Part shown: one piece after another, positions 53,210 through 64,000 of the stretch
How positions within the stretch are numbered: the first letter of the stretch is position 1
Layout of the letters: the number at the start of each line of letters is the position of its first letter
NCBI RefSeq assembly: GCF_006345805.1
Contig: NC_042999.1
Coordinates: forward strand, 168,516,001 to 168,580,000
Direction of reading: 5' to 3'
DNA: 64,000 nucleotides
Source: Octopus sinensis
Lineage: Eukaryota
The notes under the pieces: generated by a model
Told to the model about the DNA's origin: nothing
The model's database searches: none
The model's input: the letters and a program-made list of their open reading frames with translations, nothing else
Translations under genes and position numbers: made by a program

Positions 53210-53345
53210 TGAGTTATTCATGAGAGCTTTAATACACCCAATCATTGATGTATGTACTGAACTTTGTGCTGTCTCATAATCCATATTGCTTAGGAAATCC
53301 AGAATGATCTGAAGTCCATTTAGTTCAATGAAGCGAACCACAAAG
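53210..53345 (-). CDS. DAAM: DAAM exon (GBD): [45 protein letters not shown]
   Basis: Acceptor ttttttccag, donor gtaagt; phase 2 in, phase 0 out; matches DAAM1 FVTRFIDLDG...[11 protein letters not shown]. Confidence 0.95.
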
Positions 53346-54024
53346 CTGGAAAAAAAAGTTTAAACATAACACTCATTGGGTAGAAATAAAGGTTAACTAA
53401 TTCTCAAATAGCAATAATTTTTAAAATTTCTACATATACATTTAAAACAAAATAAGCAGGTATAGTTTAAGTAAAGCATGGCAGTGTTGTAAAGAAATAC
53501 ACTACCTAAAAGCACTGCATCAAATACATTCTAGTATAGCCCTGGGACAACTGAAGCCTTATAACTGGATTTTGTACAAGAACACGAATGTCTATTATAT
53601 ATATCATCATCATTTAATATCTACCTTCCATGCTGGCATGGGTTGGACAGTTTGACAGGAGCTGGTCAAGCATGAACCTGATCCAGATTTTTATGTCTCT
53701 TTTGGCAGGGTTTTTATAGCTGGAGGCTCTTCCTAACGCCAACAACCCGGCAGAGTGAGCTGAGTGCCTTTTACATGGCACCAGCACAGGAAAAGTCAGT
53801 TTTGGCATGGTTTTTACAGCTGGATGCCCTTCCAAATGCCAACCACTTTACAGTGTGAGCTGGATGCTTTTTGCATGACACTAACAATGGCAGGATCACC
53901 AAGTAGCTTGAAAGACAAAGAACCTTTGAGAGCAGAGGGCTATTAGGGGAGGTGATCTCGTGTTTGATGATGAAATGTTTGAGTGTGATAGAGAGACAGA
54001 AAGAGGTGTCCTCTTGTAGAGGAG

Positions 54025-54064
<40 letters not shown>

Positions 54065-54499
54065 TAATCAAGAATGACGACAGAAACAGGTGTGTTGCTG
54101 GAAAGAAGATACATGGCTATCCAGCCTGAGGGAAAAGCAAGAGGAGGAGGAGTGGGAGACAGCAAGAGTGCAAGAGGGAGATGGTGGCGAAGTGCTGGGG
54201 CATAGGGGATCAGAAAATAAATGGGATGGTAGAGTAATTAAGAACGCTTTCTTCAATTACAAAAAAAAATTACAAAAATCGATTCCAGGTGAGAATGCCA
54301 TCAATAAAGCCATGGGAATGTGCATTTGTACGCGCAAGTACATCAGTCGAAATCCGTCTTTTGCTGATGTCTCAAATTTAGGTTAAATTAGTGTTTCTCA
54401 AAGGGGAGACCTATGGGATGGTCGGACAAGTTGTTTTGAGAAAATTTGGTTTAAATGTTTGACAACTCAGCACTGTCCATTGGACGGGGGCATTTTGCT

Positions 54500-54501
54500 C
54501 G

Positions 54502-54548
<47 letters not shown>

Positions 54549-56495
54549 TGAGAATTTACAAAAAAAAACAAAAGAAGATGGGTGTGTAAACAACAAACAA
54601 ATGAGTATATATATATGTGTGTGTGTGTGTATGTATACAGTGAGAATTTACAAAAAAACCCAAAAGAAGATGGGTGTGTAAACAACAAACAAATGAGTAT
54701 ATATATATATATATACACTACCGTCAGAAATTAATTAGCACCCTTGATTTGCTCTTCACTCAAGGTATTTGCTGTCACCTAGTGGCCATATCTCGAACTA
54801 TTGCTTTGTTGTGAGTTCACTGTTGCGCAGAACGATGACGTAACTTTGTTTGCAGAGCAGTTTGAGAGTCTACAGCCTAATGATGTTGACATAGCAGTGC
54901 AACAACAACTTGGAGTGCGGATGCAGACAAATCTTCTTTTGTTTAATAGATATAGGTAGCGCCTCGCAAGGACCGAAATCACACCGTACTAAGTTTTCTC
55001 ATCGCGTAAGACGTTTTGAACAGCTCGTAGGTTAATTGATTTGTGTATTTGCAAGATTTTTTTTCCTCACAAATTCTCCTACACTCTGCTTGATGAGGTC
55101 ACTTCTGGTTCACAAAACTTTCTGTTATACATCAAATAAGGTGAGAAATTCTGCTTTCTTTCTTTTTTGTTTAATGAATAATAACTCATAGCAGTTTTGT
55201 TATAGCATAACATTATTCAAATGAATAGTTTTAATGAAAATAACTGGTTTTTATCGTTCATTCCTAGATGGGCCCAAGACCTCGCATGATCTTGGAGAGA
55301 CGGTACGAGGCTCTCTCGTGGCGTGGGAAGCTGTCGGAGGCTGCAATAGCCGGAAAACTTGGTGTACCCAGGTGCACAATTCAGTGCTTATTTAAGAAAT
55401 ACGAGGAAACCAGATCAGCAGGTGACAAAAAGGGTAGGGGACGGAAGAGGCTGACGACCCAGCGGGAGGACCGGATGCTGATCCGAAATTTACTGTACAA
55501 CCGAAGGGCAACGAGCCAGCAACTGGCGGAGGAGATGCAAAAGATGACAGGGAAGCAGTTGTCTACAACTACCGTCAAGACCAGATTACTGGAAGCTGGT
55601 CTAAAATCCTGTAGGGCCGCCCATAAGCTGCTCCTTACAGCCCACAAGACATGGACTGTGCAGCAGTAGTGGACAGTGATGTTCACTGACGAGTCGCAAT
55701 TCAGTCTCATCAGTGACAAGCCTGTCCATGTGCGACACCGCAGGGGTGAGCGCTTCAACAAAGACTGCATTGCTCCCACCATGAAGCATGGTGGGAGTGG
55801 TCTGATGGTGTGAGGGGCATTCAGCTACAGTGGTGTTGGGCGGCTCTATGCCGTCGAAGGCAACATCAACGCAGCAAAGTACGTTGAGATAGTACGGGAT
55901 ACCTCTTTGGTGGCGAGGAGTACGTGCTCCAGCAGGACAACGCGCCTTCCCACACAGCCAAGCTCACAACCAGTTTCGTCAAGGACCATGGGGTGACGGT
56001 CATGGACTGGCCTGGCCAGTCACCTGACCTGAACCTTATTGAGAACCTCTGGAGTCGATTGGGTAGGGATTTGAATGTGCAGCAATACAGGAACTGACAC
56101 AAGCTGTTTGGGGCACTTCTTGCTGCATGGAGGGCCATCCCTGCACAGTACCTGCAGGCACTCATAGACAGCATGCCGACCCACGTAGTAGCTGTCATTG
56201 CTGCCAAAGGAGGAGCAACAAGATATTGACTAAATTTCACGATTAATAACAATTATGTGGTGTGCTGGGATATGTTTTAATAAATTTTTGATTAAAAACG
56301 AGTTCGTTTCTGATAATAAGTTAATTAAATTAAGAAAATGTAAGAAAATGTAGAAATTTGAGAAGTGCTAATTAATTTCCGACGCAAGTGTATATATATG
56401 TGTGTGTGTGTATACAGTGAGAATCTACAAAAAAAAAACCAAAAGAAGATGGGTGTGTAAACAACAAACAAATGAGTATATATATATATATATAT
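54500..56495. repeat. Three-unit ~105-bp minisatellite split by the Tc1 insertion
   Basis: agtgagaatttacaaaaaaa...aaaagaagatgggtgtgtaaacaacaaacaaatgagta occurs twice before 54715 and once after 56391. Confidence 0.85.
54716..56390 (+). mobile_element. Full-length Tc1-like (DD34E) transposon; transposase pseudogene 55268-56229
   Basis: 26-bp TIRs cactaccgtcagaaattaattagcac / gtgctaattaatttccgacgcaagtg with TA TSD; FTDES, QQDNAP and SPDLNLIENLW motifs (34 spacing); several stops. Confidence 0.93.
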
Positions 56496-57896
56496 ATTAC
56501 ACAAGAAGTAAGGGGAAGAGGAGGTTTTGCTAGGTTCCTCACACATAAAGTGCATAGGTATAAAATCTCCTGGATAGAGAACAGTGATGAGGTTGATGGC
56601 GTGGGCATACGTCTTGAACCAGAAAGGAACCAGAGGAGAAGCAGAAAAGGTTTGCCAATGTTATGTGATGTGAAGATCAGAGACTTGAAGTGTTTTTGAT
56701 TCCAAGACAGTATGTGAGAGAAAATTGTGATGTCATAGAAGAGAAATGTGTCCACATGGATGATGGTGCATTTGCACTTAATGATTCTGCAAAGAAAGAG
56801 CCTTGGAAATGCTATTATGAAAGGCTGCTAAATGTGGAGAATGAATATAAGGAGAATCTACCAAATGCTGACCCAACTGAGGGACCAGCTATGCGAATTG
56901 ACAGTAGCTTGGTAGATAAAGCAATTAAGGATATAAAGACGGGGAATCACCATTGAGATACTTAAAATATCTGGTAGAGTAGGATATAGCCTAGTCATCC
57001 ATATAGCTAATCAGGTTGTCCATGAGGTGGTCATAGCCAATGACTGGTGTAGCAGTGTAGTCAACTGCTACAAATACAAAGGTGTTGCCTTAGACACAAA
57101 TAATTCCATGGGCATCAAATTGCTGGACCAGGTGATGAAAGTCACAGAAAGGGTCATAGCTCAATTAATTAGGAAGTGAGTTAGTGTAGATGAGGTGCAG
57201 TTTGGATTTGTGCCACACATGAGCATGACTGATGCTATATTCCTGGTTAGGCAACTACAGGAGAAATATTTAGACAAAAATAAACCTCTGTACCTGGCTT
57301 TTGTCGACATGGAGCAAACTTTTGACAGTCTCCCACACCCTTATCTGGTGGTCAATATGGAAGCTAGGAATAGATGAGTGGTTGGTGAGAGTTGAACAAG
57401 CTGTGTACAGGGATGTTGTCAGTAAGGTGAAGGTTGGCAAGAAGTATAACGAGAAATTCAGGGTACAATTAGGGGTTCACCAAGGATCAGTTCTCAGCCT
57501 CATCTTGTTCATTATAGTCCTCCAGGCAATAACAGAGGAATTTAGGACAGGCTGCCCATGAGAGCTCCTCTATGCTGATGACCTTGTCCTTATAGCCATA
57601 TCACCACCAGAACTAAAAGAAATTTCAGTTGTGGAAGCAATGTCTAGAATCAAAGGGCCTTAGATTTAGTCTTAGAAAAAACCAAAGTATTAGTAAATAG
57701 AAGAGCAGACAAATCACAAATCCCTCAGCTCGATCTATAGAAAAGGCATAGAAACTCCATAAGATGTACCTGGTGCAAGCTATGGACACATAAGTGCAGC
57801 AATATCAGAGGAAGGTTAACTGGGGAAATAGTTTCTGTGCATGGAGGGTGCACAGGTACAATAAACACTAGAAACATACAGAAAATAGATTCCATC

Positions 57897-60800
57897 TGTT
57901 ATAAACCCAAACTGGAATATCTAATTGTAGGCAAAACTAAACTTCAACAGTTTTCTGCAGCAAGTTGCTACAGTCTTAACTAATGAAAAACTAACGCTGA
58001 ACACGTTGTGCCGTAAACAGAACAGAACTCTGTGCAACTGCAGACAAAAACAGCAATTGAGACAAAGTCATGTGATCAAAACTAAAATCACAACATTTTT
58101 ACCCATTAAAAAAAAAACAATTAACTAACAAAATGCAAAATACAAACATAACCATGAGCTAATCACAACAACGTAATAATGAGGTATTGCATAAGCGTAA
58201 CACATCATCTTTATATATAAAAGTAAGGTTGTGTGTCTGTCTCCTACGACTTAGATTCTTAACTACTCCCACATTTTGCGGTGCCGTTTAACCAAAACCG
58301 GGTATCTTATAGTCGTGATTCATATCGAGCCCTTCTGGGTATTAGCGCACATCTACGATGATTCTACGATTTAAAAAAATTTACCATCATTTTTTCCCAT
58401 TTTTAATGCATTTTTTTGCTATTATATAAGGGAAGTAACTCTCTAAAAATGTATTATTAAATCTCAGAACGTAAAAAGCTACAGTAACCCCCCCCCCCCC
58501 TTTGTGGTTAGCCATATTGAGATGGCTATTATTCTTTACATCTCTAAAAATGCTTATATAGTTATTTCCCTTACAAACCCGAGCAACGCCGGGCAATACT
58601 GCTAGTCAATCATAAATTTAACCTATCAGGAACTTTGTTTTGTTCTGGATGAACGCCAGTGAAAAGTAGTTTGAGGTTCTGGTTCTTGCATTAACCAAGT
58701 TGGAACGGAAACACCACACAGAATGTCTAGGTAATTTAAAGAATCTCTCATGCTGGATCTCCTTAGTTGCTGTGCACAAAAATGAATGTTGCGAATGTAA
58801 AACTTTTGGAAGCACAACTTCCTATTGAGAAACTAGTAAATTTCTGCTATGTAAGGCCAATTTAATGAAATTTCATATTACTCCATTATACCTTTCACAT
58901 TGAGCATTTCCACGAGGATTGTACACAGTAGAATGAGTAATCGCTATTCCCCTCATCATCATCGTTTAACATCCGTTCTCCATGCTAGCATGGGTTGGAC
59001 AGTTCGACCGGGGATCTGGGAAGCCAGAAGGCTGCACCAGGCTCCGGTCTTATCTGGCAATGTTTCTACAGCTGGATGCCCTTCCTAACGCCAACCACTC
59101 CGTGAGTGTAGTGGGTGCTTTTTACGTGCCACCTGCACTGGTGCCAGGCAAGGCTGGCATCGGCCACAGTCAGATTGGTGCATTTTACGTGCCACCGGCA
59201 CGGAAGCCAGTCAAGGCGGCACTGGCTTCGGCCACGATTCAGATGGTGCTTTTTACGTGCCACCGACACGGACATGCCACCTATCATACAGAAATTATGT
59301 TCTTTAGATACAAAACATTTAACATTACCACTATGAATAACAGTTGAAAATCCGAAAAGATTAAACAAAACCTTCAAATTACTAATAACAGAATGACCAC
59401 TAGTATCAGTGCATGGAAAAATAAACAAAAACCATGAATACTCATCCACAACAGTTAAAAAATAATGGTTCTTTGGCATTGAAGGTAGGGGTCCTTTAAA
59501 ATTAAACCTCAATGTTTCAAAAGCTTTAGTAGATTTAATGACTGATGAAACAGAGGTTTTAGTAAAATGAAGTTTCACCTCAACATATTACACAATTGTT
59601 AGTTATATGCTTTACATCATCTACAGAGTATGGTAAATTCTTAACTTTAATATAATGAAACAATCATGTGATCCCAGGATGACACAGCACTGCATGAACA
59701 TGGTACAGATCATTATCAGTCGTAGCTGTGAAACAGGTATGCAATAAAGCATCAGATGCAACATTAAACTTGCTTTGGCAGTAAATAATATCAAATTTTA
59801 TATTGGTCTACTTTGATTCACCAACGTAGTATCTTTTCGATATAAGCAACACTGTTTTGATCAGTTATGTCCAAGAAGAAAATGAGACCATTTTCTCACA
59901 GATTTCACAATCGCTGTTGCCTCTTTTTCAATACAAGAATAACAACACTCACTTGGGTTGAGGGTTCTTGAAAAATAATGCAACTGGCTTTCCATTTTGG
60001 TGTAAAATGCCAGATATAGCTACCTCCAATGCGTCTGTTTCTGTTGAGAAAGGAAGGCTTTCATCAATCACTTTTAAGGTAGCGTTTGCTAAATCATCTC
60101 GTAAAGTTTTTAAATTTGACAACCCTTGTTCACTCAAAGGAAAATATTTAGTATCAACCAATGGTTTTATCTTGTCAGAGAATTTTGGAATCCATTTGGA
60201 ATAATATGTAAATAGACCAACAATTCGACTCAATGTTTTGTGAGTACTAGGAATTGGTAGTTCCAGTAAGGGTTTTACCTGGTCAGGGTCAGGTTTCAAG
60301 TTACCATTTTGAATTTCATACCAAGCAATCGAATCCGTGTAGTGCTGTAAATGCATTTGGCATCATTAAAAGTTAAATTACAGTCCTTAGCAACTTGAAG
60401 AAAATGTTTTAAATTTTGATCATGTTCTTCCTTCGATTTATCACACACAGTCATGTTGTCGATATAATCAAAAGTAGCTCTACAATTATGGCTCTTGATT
60501 ACATTATTGAGCACTCTCTGGAAATATGTTTGCTTTGATACAATTTTCCCTGTGCTTCGAAAACTGTGTAACGTCGATCTTCAACTGGAATCTCAACTTG
60601 ATACGCACTTTTGAGATCCAGTGTGTTAAAATAATTAAACTGAGTTATTTTTGTGACCATGTCATGCATATTTGGCAGTGGGTATCCATTTAATTGTGTA
60701 AACATATTTATAGTCTCACTATAATCAATATACAGTCTCTTACAATGATTTTCTCCTGACATTACCAATACCAGATCTCAGCTTATAGTATCAGCAATAA

Positions 60801-61461
60801 CCTTTTCATTATTGGTGGACTGTTTTCTCTATTTTATAACTATGGGTTTAGAGTCAGAGTTTAAATTTTCAAACAACCTCAGTATAATGTCACTTTTAAT
60901 GCAATTTAGAGCTCTCAAATATATCTGGGGCTTGGCGCCGTCAAAGGTAATTTGTACATGATGCTGTTTTAAGAAATTTTGTCCTAAAAATATATCTACA
61001 AACAAATTATCAAGTACTACCAGCTTTACTTGCTTTCAAATTCTTCTTTGAAGTTCAATTGAACCCATACAATACCCATCACTTTGGAAACGATTTCCAT
61101 TGACAGCCATGTTAATTTCATTCCTTTCGGACTTCATTACCAATTTTTTTTTTTTTTACAAACTCTTTGATAATATGATTCATAGCAGAGCCAGTATTAA
61201 TCAAAGCAAATGCTTTCACGCCATTGATTGTTATTGTATAATTAACTTTAGTAGCAGCACACGGCTTTCAAAGCAGAGGGAAAATTGTGGTCAAAGCAAA
61301 CGTATTGCTTTCAGACTTACAAATGCAGTGCCCTATTTCCAGAGAGTGCTCAATAATGTAATCGAGAGCCATAATTGTAGAGCTACTTTTGCTTATGTCG
61401 ACAACATGACTGTGTGTGATAAATCGAAGGAAGAACATAATCAAAATTTAAAATCACAACA
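57897..61461 (-). mobile_element. Degenerate, rearranged Ty3/Gypsy LTR retrotransposon
   Basis: 5-bp TSD CCATC (57892-57896, 61462-61466). 3' LTR 57897-58095 (TGTT...AACA) with PPT aatgggtaaaaa. Order PR (ALINTGS), RT (YIDN), RNase H (ETDA), integrase (HHCC; FKGPLP, VVDEYS). Only 12 bp of the 5' LTR remain. Confidence 0.88.
58208..58605 (+). mobile_element. Non-autonomous Helitron inserted in the Gypsy 3' UTR
   Basis: A|TC...CTAG|T; hairpin cccgagcaacgccggg. Confidence 0.82.
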
Positions 61462-62450
61462 CCATCAAATGTCAAGGGGGATACCTCAAAGTAGTTGATA
61501 GCTTCTGTTACCTAGGTGACCAAGTTAGTAGTGGAGGTGGATGCTCAGAGAGTGTCACCACTAGAATACGAATAGCCTGGGTAAAGTTCAGAGGGCTCTT
61601 AGCTATATTGGTAACAAAGAGCCTCTCCTTCAGAATGAAACATGGATAGTATATGCCTGTGTGTGAACAGCCATGCTACATGGCAGTGAAACAAGGATTG
61701 TGACCACCAAGGACATGCATAGGCTTGAAAGAAATGAAGCTAGTATGCTTCGTTTGATGTGCAATGTCAGCTTGCATGTATGACAGAGTGTAGGCATCTT
61801 GAGAGAAAAGTTGGGCATAAGAGGCATCAGATGCAGTGTGCTGGAGAGATGACTGCACTGGTATAGTCATATGATGCATAGGAAGGAGGACAGCTGTGTA
61901 AAGAAGTGCCACTCTCTGTAGGGGGAAACTGGAAGGGGTAGACCCAAGAAGATATAAGATGAGGAAGACAGGACAAATGTTGGGCCTCGCGGAAAGAAAA
62001 GTAACCAAAACCTTTGGCAATATGCCACGCTCAAGAAGACCTGTCAAACCAAGTGAAATCGTAGTCATGGCCAATGCTGGTGTCACGTAATTAGCATCCA
62101 TGCCTGTGGCACGTAAGAGGCATCTTTCTAACATTGGGCCTCATGGATGCAATGATAAGTAACTGAGACCTCTGGTGATATGCTGTGATTGAGAAGAAGA
62201 CCCACCAAGCCAAGTGGCATCATAGTTGTGGCTGATGCCAGTATCATGTAACTCGCACCCATGCCAGTGGCATATAAAAAGCACCCATTTACACTCTTGG
62301 AGTGGTTGATGTTAGGAAAGGTACCCAATTGTAGAAACCATGTCAAATCTGATTGGAACTTGGTGCAGCCCTCCTGCTTACCAGTATCAGTCTAACCCAT
62401 TCTAGCTTGTAAAGAAGACGCTAAACGATGATGATGATGATAATGATATA

Positions 62451-62684
62451 TATTTCTTTACTGCCCACAAGGGGCTAAACATAGAGGGGACAAACACGGA
62501 CAGACAAAGGGATCAAGTCGTTTACATCAACCCCAGTGCATAACTGGTACTTAATTTATCGACCCCGAAAGGATGAAAGGCAAAGTCGACCTCGGTGGAA
62601 TTTGAACTCAGAACGTAACGACAGACGAAATACCGCTAAGCATTTCGCCCGGCATGCTAACGTTTCTGCCAGCTTGCCGCCTTG
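62451..62684 (-). mobile_element. SINE family B
   Basis: 16-bp TSD tgatgataatgatata; homologous to the 43139 copy. Confidence 0.85.
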
Positions 62685-63729
62685 TGATGATAATGATATA
62701 GTGGTAAAAAACTCTCAAGGGAGCTGAAAAGCAGAAAGTTTTCATAAAAGAACCCCCTTCCTGCCTCAAGCAAGTATTTCCCAACTCAAGTGAAAGGACC
62801 AAGCTGCATCCAGGTCATGATTCCTGGATGCCCTTCTGCTGATGCTTTTTAGCCATTTGGATATCAGAGACTTGTGCATTTAAAGCACCTGGAGATTTCA
62901 TCTGGTTGTAACTCCTCTCCTTTGACTCAGCTTTCAAATTTATACTTTAAGAAATAATGTTGATTCCCATGGTAACAGTGAAATGTCAACGCTATCACAT
63001 CATCATCATCATTTAGAGTTACTTGCCTTAGCTTTAAAACACAAAAATGTTACCTTCAAATGGTATGGAGGTCGTTTGATACTGCAAATAGCCATCATCA
63101 TCATTTAGCGTCCGTTTTCCATGCTAGCATGGGTTGGACAGTTCAACTGGGGTCTGTGAAGCCGGAAGGCTGCATCAGGCCCAGTCAGATCTGGCAGTGT
63201 TTCTACGGTTGGATGCCCTTCCTAACGCCAACCACTCCGTGAGTGTAGTGGGTGCTTTTTATGTGCCACCCGCACAGGTGCCAGACGGAGCTGGCAAACG
63301 GCCACGAACGAATGGTGCTTTTACGTGCCACCGGCACGGGGGCCAGGCGAGGCTGGCAACGGACACGAACGGATGGTGATTTTACGTGCCATCAGGCTGA
63401 ATAAAACTTCATATGTGGAATTAAAACAGCATTAAATTAAAATAACCATTTATATGTCATATTTAATGTAAATACACCATTAAGAGGTATGATGCTATGG
63501 ATTTTCATCTGAGAAATAAAAATCGCTTCATAGACATGTGTTAAAAATACAATATATATTGGAGTAAGATTTTTTTTAAAAATCACTCTGGCTGTGATTC
63601 ATAAGAATGCTAGATGGATTTCAGCCTTATCTATTACATGTACTGGCTAGTCACATACCAAAAAATTTCTGTCCTCTGATACATGGAAAAAAGTAAATAA
63701 GACATTCAGTAATATTGCAGATAAATATC

Positions 63730-64000
63730 ATGTCACGTGATCACGTGACTGACCAGGCTATCAGATGTTGCTACACATCGCTGGTCACAATGCGGTTCGC
63801 ATTGTTTTAACCTCCAAATGATGGCATCCCGCTGGGTAAACGAGCAGGCCAACAGAAGAGTGAGAGAAAGTTGCGGCGAAAGAGTACAGCAGGGATTGCT
63901 ACCACCCCCTGCCGGAGCCTCGTGGAGCTTTAGGTGTTTTCGCTCAATAAACACTCACAACACCCAGTCTGGGTATCAAAACCACGATCCTACGACCGTG
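63730..64000 (-). mobile_element. Probable third SINE family (runs off the window edge)
   Basis: Minus strand has a box B-like ggttttgataccc head followed by a GC-richer body; single copy here, so family status is unverified. Confidence 0.45.

Larger units (their letters stand above)
383..53345 (-). other. DAAM: DAAM-family formin gene, partial (17 internal exons; start and stop outside window)
   Basis: The exons below join with matching phases into 2274 nt (757 whole codons). The peptide is collinear with DAAM1/2 as I recall it: GBD/FH3, coiled coil, poly-Pro FH1 and FH2 motifs ([27 protein letters not shown]). All introns are GT-AG. Confidence 0.96.
56500..62440 (+). mobile_element. RTE LINE split by the Gypsy insertion (56500-57896 and 61467-62440)
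   Basis: Frame continues QKIDSI | KCQGGYLKVVDSFCYLG across the insertion; LYADD motif; 3' UTR and (GAT)n tail. Confidence 0.85.

Noticed and set aside
55088-55125. ttgatgaggtcacttctggttcacaaaac, resembling a decayed hammerhead inside the Tc1 5' region
   Set aside because: C3 and G12 are missing and the helices do not close.
54611-56495. Apparent ~105-bp target-site duplication around the Tc1
   Set aside because: A third unit upstream shows a pre-existing minisatellite; the TSD is TA.
58618-58821. Exon-like AG...GT open frame on the minus strand
   Set aside because: It is the integrase C-terminus of the Gypsy element.
53346-64000. Search for upstream DAAM exons
   Set aside because: No DAAM-like peptide with the required phase-2 donor was found; those exons are presumed outside the window.

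Overview
Eukaryotic, AT-rich, transposon-dense animal DNA. The SINE, LINE and microsatellite make-up suggests an octopus or other cephalopod (inference; no database search was run). One host gene spans the window on the minus strand: a DAAM-family formin. I resolved 17 consecutive GT-AG exons (53345 down to 383; 2274 nt, all splice phases compatible) covering GBD/FH3, coiled coil, FH1 and most of FH2. The 5' and 3' exons lie outside the window. The introns hold mariner, Tc1, hAT and piggyBac-type elements, non-autonomous Helitrons, CR1/L2-like and RTE LINEs, a rearranged Ty3/Gypsy element, tRNA-type SINEs and Penelope-like RT and GIY-YIG remnants. The most notable unannotated signal is a set of minimal type I hammerhead ribozymes with palindromic helix III. 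Three sit in a young inverted-plus-tandem array of ~480-bp units (14126-15491; retrozyme or Penelope pLTR-like). One canonical GUC hammerhead (11005-11109) is in sense orientation to the DAAM pre-mRNA, next to a 41-bp inverted copy that starts exactly at its predicted cleavage site.
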